Shown one piece after another: positions 56,751 through 64,000 of a DNA stretch of 64,000 bases. This DNA is from Microbotryum violaceum (Eukaryota): contig CDLV01000004.1 in the NCBI GenBank assembly GCA_001244265.2, positions 1,116,001 to 1,180,000 on the forward strand, in the 5' to 3' direction. Position numbers and translations under genes: made by a program. Under the pieces are notes generated by a model. The model searched no databases, was not told the origin of the DNA, and worked only from the letters and a program-made list of their open reading frames with translations. Position 1 is the first letter of the stretch, and each line of letters opens with the position of its first letter.

Positions 56751-58078
56751 ATGTCCCAAATTTACGTCCCCGAAAAGGAGGATGAACGCCACGAAGAAGC
56801 GTATCACGACGTTGTCCAAGAGGAAATTTCCTCCTCTTCTACTCCTCGCGAGATCGACCTCTCGGCAGAGGAAGAAGTTGATGCGCGACGCAGGGCGAGG
56901 AGGAATAAGAGATCGTATATCTCTTTGGGAGGTGTTATTGTTGTCTTGCTCATATTACTCGGGGTTATGCTGGGCTTGGTGAAGGGCCAGGAGAAGAGGT
57001 GGGAGAGCGTCATCGAGGAACAGCAGCGGCATCATGGAGCTATCGAGTCGAGTGCGAGTGCGGTGCGGAGAGGGAGGTGGGCCAAGAGGACTGAAAGGTC
57101 CGAGTATTCGTTCTCGACTAAGAATGGCACAGTAGCGACGTATATCTATACGACCAAGCCAATTGTAAGCACGCTTGCATCTCGAAGCCGGAGCGAGTCC
57201 GAGCCGACTGGCGCGAAGGGAAATGCTCACTTGGCCTTGTTCTCTCGACAGGTCAACCCAGGCGGTTATACCATTGGCACGTTGACGGGTTATGTCACCT
57301 ACACCGGCAAGCCATTCTCGACGACCACCTCCGCCGCGCCAGCTGCAACCTCGAGCTCTGCACCGACTTCAATATCGACTCTGACCTCGACAAAGACAAG
57401 CGACTCGACGCACGATGAGTCTACCTCATCCACTGAGCGTCATTCTCACCCTTCCAACACGGCTTCCCCAACGCACACGAAACACCACTCCGCTCCTACA
57501 CCGACTAACCCTCCTACAATCCCCGACTCGCTCCTCCAACTCCTCGTCAACGGTCCCAAACGCCTCAAGCGATCCCTCGAGCAAGACGCCCAAGAACAAC
57601 TGTTAGAAAAAGAAACGTCGAGCGTCCCTCCGAATACGGTGACGACCGCCGTATCTAACCAGGATGGGCGGGAGTACTCGTATTCGGTCAGGAAAGATGG
57701 GGGACGGCGACGTTTGTGAAGACGACGAGACCGATCGTGAGTTGGGATTTTCTTAGCATTCCGACGGGCCAACCTTGTGATGTGAAGTTACGGGTCGGGA
57801 GCACACCACTGCCGAAGCCCGTTCGCGAGAATTGACTATCCTTCTTTGCCACCCCACCTCCACTTTCGTACTCTGATCAGGTCAACCCAGCGGGCTACAC
57901 GATCGGCACCCTTGATGGCGTGTTTGTGGAGCTCAAAACACCTCGTTCTCGACCCACAGATACGGCTAAAGGAGGCGGCGTGAAGAACCCGAAGGTACAT
58001 CAGCCGGTAGTCAGGTCGAGGGAGGAATTGAGGAAGAGGGCGGCGAGGGTCGACTTTGAAGTGGGGATGCAGCTCTGA
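56751..58078 (+). CDS. Single-pass membrane protein with two internal repeats and an S/T-rich linker
   Basis: TM segment LGGVIVVLLIILGVMLGLV; repeat EYS.S...G.ATY..TT.PIVNP.GYTIGTL.G twice; introns; one apparent frameshift near 57700. Confidence 0.7.
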
Positions 58079-58617
58079 ATTTTTGGAGTGGAGCAGGGGC
58101 GGGTTCTTATTACTACTTAATGATTCTCTTGTCGAAATTCATATTTATCGAAAGAAACTCCAGAGTTGACTCCTGCTACCGAAGAGAAGTGTTCGTTTCG
58201 AATTCTGGCCAAATGAATTCAACCGCTGGTCTTGTCGATGACGAACGTATATGTGATCGACTATGGGCCGCCGTTTGGGCAACAAATGGATCTGCGCGCG
58301 CGGGCTACTTGCGGGCTACGATTCGTTTGTACGCGCGCCGAAAATCGTACAATTGCGCGCCGATGGGCCTTTATACGCTCGTCATTCACAGCTTTGCATC
58401 CCTTGGACGCCTTTTTGTTCTCTCACGCGCTCTGAATCCGTCGGAGTTGCGCGCTTTTCAGGAAAAACAGCGGTTTTTGGCCCCTATTGGGGGTCCACGC
58501 GCGTTTCGCTCGCTGTTAGACACCGTATCCGCGCACGGAGGGGGCATTACACGCGCTGCAGCGCGCTTATGCGCGCGCAATCTACTCGATCTACGGGCTT
58601 TTTGGCATTTTTTTATA

Positions 58618-58651
<34 letters not shown>

Positions 58652-59459
58652 ATCTTGATTTACTCAATTTTCATAGCTAAATTCCGTACCCCGCACTCTC
58701 CGCTTTTTACGGTTTGCGCGCCTCGGAAGGTGCTTACACGCGCTCCCAAAAAAGTTCTCACGCTTGCAGAATCGCAGACGCGCGCGACCGGAAACGCTCA
58801 CACGCTCGCGGCTTTTTCTACTTCAGCTCTCCTGATACCGCTTGCGCCGTGCATTTGTTTAGCGAGCGAAGGATGTCTTGTAGTTGCAGCAGGGCTTGAG
58901 AGAAAACCGAACGGACCGTAGTGTTGGACGCTCCTGAAAGACAGACGAAGGGTCGTACAGAGGTGAATCGCGGAGACCACTTGAACGAGTAGGGGAGCGA
59001 TTTGAGAACGTCAACAACTAGTCGAGCGTATTCAGACCGGCTCGAGGAAGGGTGCGTGGGCGCTAGGAATCGTCGAGTCGCTTTTTTCCCGCGGCAGACA
59101 CGTGATGCTGTGCGGGAGGTCGACTCGCAGGCAATTGCGAGGTAGATCGAGTGCAGCCTTGAGCAAGGTGAGATTCGACTTGTAGAGGGTCACCGAGAGG
59201 AGCAGCACGATCGTAACAGGATCCAGACGACGCGATCAGTGAACAGCAAGGCTGAGAATCATAGGCTCAACACCGATAGCGACAACTAGCGAGATGTAGT
59301 CATCTGTTGCCATATAAGGCAGTTAAAATGTCTCAGATCAAATGGATCCTTCTGGATAGGATTAAGACAGGATAGATCAACGCGGATTGGGGAAAAAAAG
59401 ATCGGATCTGATCCGATCCTCCGGTGATCTGATCCTATGAGAACCCTTGGTGAAGAGCG

Positions 59460-59602
59460 AAGCCTAGCTTGGAGGCGCTGAGCGCTGAGCGCTCCCGGCC
59501 GGAGGGGCTAGGAAAGTACGTTGAGCACTCTGGAGAGGCTAGGACGCTGAGCGCTCCGGAGAGGCTGGAAAATACGCTGAGCGCTCGGGAGAGGCTAGGA
59601 AG
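59460..59602. repeat. Imperfect tandem repeat (CGCTGAGCGCTCCGGAGAGGCTAGGA)
   Basis: About four units visible. Confidence 0.75.
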
Positions 59603-60004
59603 GAAAGTGCGGAGACCAGTGGGGTGGTGGATGCGCGCTCTCTCTTGAGCGCGGAACTCTTACCGCTAAAGCTGAACAGACATACGCGGGAACCGACACC
59701 ACTCGGAGGAGATTAGCCTCTTTACTCCGCGGTATGGAACTCATTTTCATGGCAGGAGGGTGTTTGCTCCGATTGCTGAGCTTTCTGTATCTGCAAATAG
59801 TGACATTGCTATGGTGTATTGGGTGGGTTGGTGGTGTGGTTGTTGAAAGCGTTCGAGCTGAGGCTCAGGGCTGGGCAGTGGGCACTCGGGCTCTGTAAGT
59901 TATGCGCCTCACTTGAGGCACGCGCGGGAGGGTATTCCCTGCGATTTGGGCAGTTTTACCCCGTTTTGCCAAGGCACGCACACATAACCGCTCTACTCGC
60001 TTGT

Positions 60005-60202
60005 CACTTTGGGCTCACATAAGGTCGGCTTTTGGGCCCACGTCGGAGGCACTCTGGTCCCACGTCGGAGGCACTCTGGTCCCACATCGGAGGCGACTTT
60101 GGGATCACATCGGAGCGGACTTTGGGATCACATCGATGCGGACTTTGGGATCACATCCGAGGTCATTCTTGTACCACGTTCATGGGAACTTTGGTACCAC
60201 AT
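60005..60202. repeat. Tandem repeat of about 21-23 bp (ACTTTGGGATCACATCGGAG / ACTCTGGTCCCACGTCGGAGGC)
   Basis: Eight to nine imperfect units. Confidence 0.85.
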
Positions 60203-60809
60203 AGTGTAGAGGCCTGTATCTCTTGCAATATGTGATGTATCACTCTGGAGAATGTAGTATGATGTATGTACAGGTCTATAGTACTTCTGGCGGGTGAGAC
60301 GAGGCGGACAATGCAGTAGTTGCTACATCGGGGTTCTTCCCCGCTGTGCCGCTCCGCGCCCGTATCAGCGGTTAAACCTTACGCCGATCGTCACGAGGCA
60401 GCAAGCGTAGCTTGCAATAAATATCATAGGGGGGAGCAAACGTTTTTTTCTTGCTGACTAGAATACGCGGTAATGACATAATCACTATATGGGTGAGCTG
60501 TAGTGTTCCTTAGGCCTGCAATCGTTAGCGCCCTTATTCGAGAAAATTCAAACATTCGGCGAAAGCCCTGGGGCCGCGCCAAAACTCGCAGGCGCTCGTC
60601 GTTTGACGGGCTACACCGGCAAACTCACGAATGCCCCTGAAAGCAGCTCCTTTCCTCAGAGCTTCACACGCTCACTGGTCTTTCCCCCACTCTCTCTTTC
60701 TTCTTACACATAAAGTCCTCACGTAAACACTCCTCCCTATGTTAGTCGCGCGGAAATACTGTGCATCTCGAGCAAACGACGCCCAGTGAAGGGTTTACCT
60801 TCAAGGTAG

Positions 60810-62615
60810 ATGGCGCCAGTCGCACTCATCATGTCGACAGGAGAAATGAGCCAACTGCTCCAAAACAAAGGGGGCCGACCACCCATCGCGTTGCAGGAAC
60901 AAAGCTCCCCAGAGGGGTACGCATCGGAAGTTGACTCGGAAGTGGATGAGGATGAGGACAGTCTGCAAGTCTTGGCAGCTTTGGTCCCGGTTCCCTCAAA
61001 GTCCTCGATATCTAGCCCCTCCGCAGTCTCGGGGCTTTTAATCTCTCCAAAGAGCCGTTCGAGAGACTCCGACGAGGATTCGGCAGACGAGGGTTACTAC
61101 GGAGTCGACGACGACAATTCGGACGAGAAATCAATTGACAACATCTTCTCGGCACTACTCCTGGCTCGGAACGACAAGAAGATCCTTGACCGGCACACGT
61201 ACGAGCCCTCTCGACAGGACAAAGAGTTATCGAACACGACGCGCGAGGCAATTTTCTCAAACATGATCCTCACGACTGCAGAGCACAACGAGCTCCGCCT
61301 CAGGCCGCTTGTTCTCAATTGTCGCAAGCCGAGGTCCGAATGGGCTTTTGTACGCAAACTTCCTGTCCTGGAGCTCCCAAAGTTCATGGCTACAGAGGTA
61401 TGTTGAAGCTGCATGCTGCGCTGCGTTTTGTTTCGTCCTGTGAACGACTTAACTTTCATTGGTGCGATCTATTAACAGAAGCATGACTGGGCTCCACGCA
61501 AATATGAACGCTGTCTCGCTGTCGTCGAGCGACCTTACGGTGACGCGCCCTCGTCTACTCATCATCAACATCCGTCGGAGGTGGCAGTGGGGATCGAATG
61601 GCGTCCGGAAGTGCCTATCACCCTTCGAGAAGCTTGGAGTCAACCCGGCGAAGGTCGACCTGTTGCGGAGGTTCTACGGATTACACATCGTTGCTCGGGG
61701 GCCTGTAAAAGAGTTCGGGTCAAGGATGGCAAACTTGGGTACAAGAAACGAGACAATGACAAGGACCCCGGGAAAACATGCTCTACTCAACTCAAGGTGA
61801 TCATCCCGGATAGGAAATCAAAGGAGCTTGGGTTGGGTGGCTGATAAGACTCTTTGTTACCTTCTTCGTCCCTTGTGTAGATCCTCGTTCAGGCCGACGA
61901 TCTTTCATCGGCGCTGGTGTACACCCTCGGCAACCACGAAGGACGCCAACCACCGCCAAACGTCCGACGTCCAGCCCCTTTCATTCGTGCGTTGGCGCAT
62001 CAGGAAGTCTTTCGGCAGGCCAACACGCCCACGCTTGCATTTCAAAGTGAGTGTGTGCTCCAAGTTTGCACAAGAAGTGTTCACTTTTCAAGACTGACCA
62101 TCAGTTCCTTTCTCGATGATGATGGACTCGATCATTTCACAGATATGAACCAGCGGATGTCGTTCTGGGAGAAACAGAACGAGATCATTCTCCCGCAGTA
62201 CAGGAAAGTCGGCGCAAAGCAGCTGCGCAATATGTTCAGGGCAAAAGGTCGACAGAACGCGCAGCATGGATCCTCCTTGTACTCGCTAGCGCGCATGGCT
62301 GAGCTGAGACCGTTCACCCTTCAAAATGCAACGGAGCCCGAGACACGTGGAGTGGCCTAGTGAGTGATCACGATCTAAGCTGCTTGCCGATCTGATGAGC
62401 TAACAAGCGACGGAGGTATTTACCCTTGTCAGCTTTCAACCTTTTAATGAGAAAACGAAGCAGCCGTTGATCTGCGTCCTTGCGTCCTTCCACTCCATCG
62501 ACGTGTTGATGTCCTTCGCCACAGTTGGGAACGATTCAGGCGATTGGTTGCGGTTTGTTGGACTTGACTCAAGCTGGCGATACCTGAACGAGAACCGCGC
62601 CCCCTCACCGCCGGT
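60810..62615 (+). pseudogene. Intron-containing, 3'-truncated MULE/Mutator-like transposase
   Basis: WRKY/FAR1-like C..CSTQLK-ILV..VYTLGNHE, then VGLDSSWRYLNENRAP resembling the first catalytic-D block; preceded by tandem repeats. Confidence 0.45.
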
Positions 62616-62664
62616 CAAAAGGGTATTACTGTTTCATCCCACTTAGAATAGTTTAGTATCTAGT

Positions 62665-64000
62665 TGTTGATATTAGCCGCGCGCCTCTAGCCTTCCAAGT
62701 GCGCGCGCCCTGAGCTCTTCTCTCTCTTCTCCAACTATCTTTACTACCATCTTCGGCTCTCATACTTACGTACCTCGTGCCTCGTGCCTCAGGTTAGTCT
62801 TGCAATACTTCCAACTATCTTTACTACCATCTTCGGCTCTCGTACTTACGTACCTCGTGCCTCGGGCCTCAGATGTGCTAAAAGGTTATGAGCCACACCG
62901 ATCTACCAGCCAACATCGCCCTTCCCGACAGCGACGACGAAAACAGCATGGCCGGCAACGATGAGACGGGCACACCGCCCCTCCACCTTCGCCATTGTCG
63001 AGCCAACCCAACATAGTCGTCCCTCCCATGCACGTTCTACTCACACGCGAGCAATTCGACGACCTCGTCAAGAAACGCCGCTCTGTCGATGACGACGACG
63101 TGTCCAAGCGGAACCTGCTGCCGCCCACGAGCCCTCCGGCATTCCCCGACGAGTCCAAACTCTCGGACAATAACTACGTCGACTGGGACCTCACCATGTC
63201 TCTTACCGCGCCTCGCGATGTATGCCTATACTTGCGCATCGGTTGCCACGACAAAGCCTGGCTGCCCGAACTGCACTCGCGATGGGAGGATTACGCGGCC
63301 CGTGTGCTCGCCAGCTCGCTGACGACCGTCGCGAAGGGCACGATAGGCCCCGTCGCTCAGAAGGGCGGAAATGCCCACGCCTGCTGGGTCGCCCTCACGA
63401 AACGCTACGCTCCCAGTGACGCGCAATCACACTCCACGCTGATCCGTGACTCCTTCAACATGCCGAAATTTCCTTCGACCTGGGCCGGCTTCAACGAGTG
63501 GACGAACCGAGCCATGGTTCTGATCAATCACGCTCGAATGGCCCAACTCGATCTTGAACAAGTCATATTGGCCCGTATGATCGACGACTTACCTCCACTC
63601 TACAATAGCTGGCGCAGCACGTTCTACTCGCTTCAGCCAAACAAAAGCAAGCTTCCAGTCGTTGAAGAGATCTTCGCGTCAATGGAATTGGTTGCTCATA
63701 CACTTCGCAACGAGTCTACTCCAGCTCTAGTGGCCCAAACGCCGAGTTCGACGACGAAAGCGGGCCAGAATAGAAAGGGTTGATGGGATAGGTCGGGTCC
63801 TCCGCCGGGTAACTGTCCTGCATGCCAACAAGGCAAGCACTGGGTCAAGAAGTGTCCCGACATCTCCAGGCGTACCAAGTACCTCGAGCTGAAGGCTGCA
63901 TTGAAGGAGCTTAAGGGCGTCTCTCCTCCCTCCGCTCCGGCCCTCGCCGCAACTGACGACAACGCGTACATGGCCTTCTTCGCTGCGCCCGCCTTCGTGA
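62665..64000 (+). mobile_element. Copia family D: 5' LTR about 62665-62883, PBS GGTTATGAGCC, gag (runs off the window)
   Basis: gag [26 protein letters not shown]; knuckle [14 protein letters not shown] in frame after a TGA at 63781. Confidence 0.88.

Noticed and set aside
58230-59450. Poly-A tract and GATC-rich stretch as SINE or MITE
   Set aside because: No boundaries, TSD or second copy in the window
60005-60202. 21-23-bp array as CRISPR or telomere
   Set aside because: No unique spacers and no TTAGGG; better explained as transposon subterminal repeats

Overview
Eukaryotic fungal DNA, most likely a Pucciniomycotina basidiomycete (Microbotryum-like, inferred from spliceosomal introns, a basidiomycete-type mannitol dehydrogenase and TCG>TTG hypermutation of repeats). 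Positions 1 to about 47 kb are a gene-free nest of LTR retrotransposons: several Ty1/copia families (my labels A, B, C, C', E), three Ty3/gypsy elements (one complete chromovirus with TSD) and a Helitron fragment. Positions 47.7-58 kb hold host genes: an AlkB-like fragment, METTL14/KAR4-like, NADP-mannitol dehydrogenase-like SDR and two membrane proteins. Positions 58-64 kb return to repeats, a MULE-like transposase fragment and copia family D. Two signals stand out. (1) Seven different LTR families (five copia-type, two gypsy) carry a 57-80 nt GT..AG intron-like unit whose 3' part duplicates the sequence just upstream of its donor. In family A it occurs in 0, 1 or 2 units. This suggests an intron regenerated at each reverse-transcription cycle by strand transfer. 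(2) A 106-nt structured GTAAG..CAG segment is nearly invariant between copia families A and B inside the otherwise divergent IN-RT linker. Coordinates were counted by hand and may be off by a few bases. Many frameshifts sit in homopolymers and may be sequencing errors.
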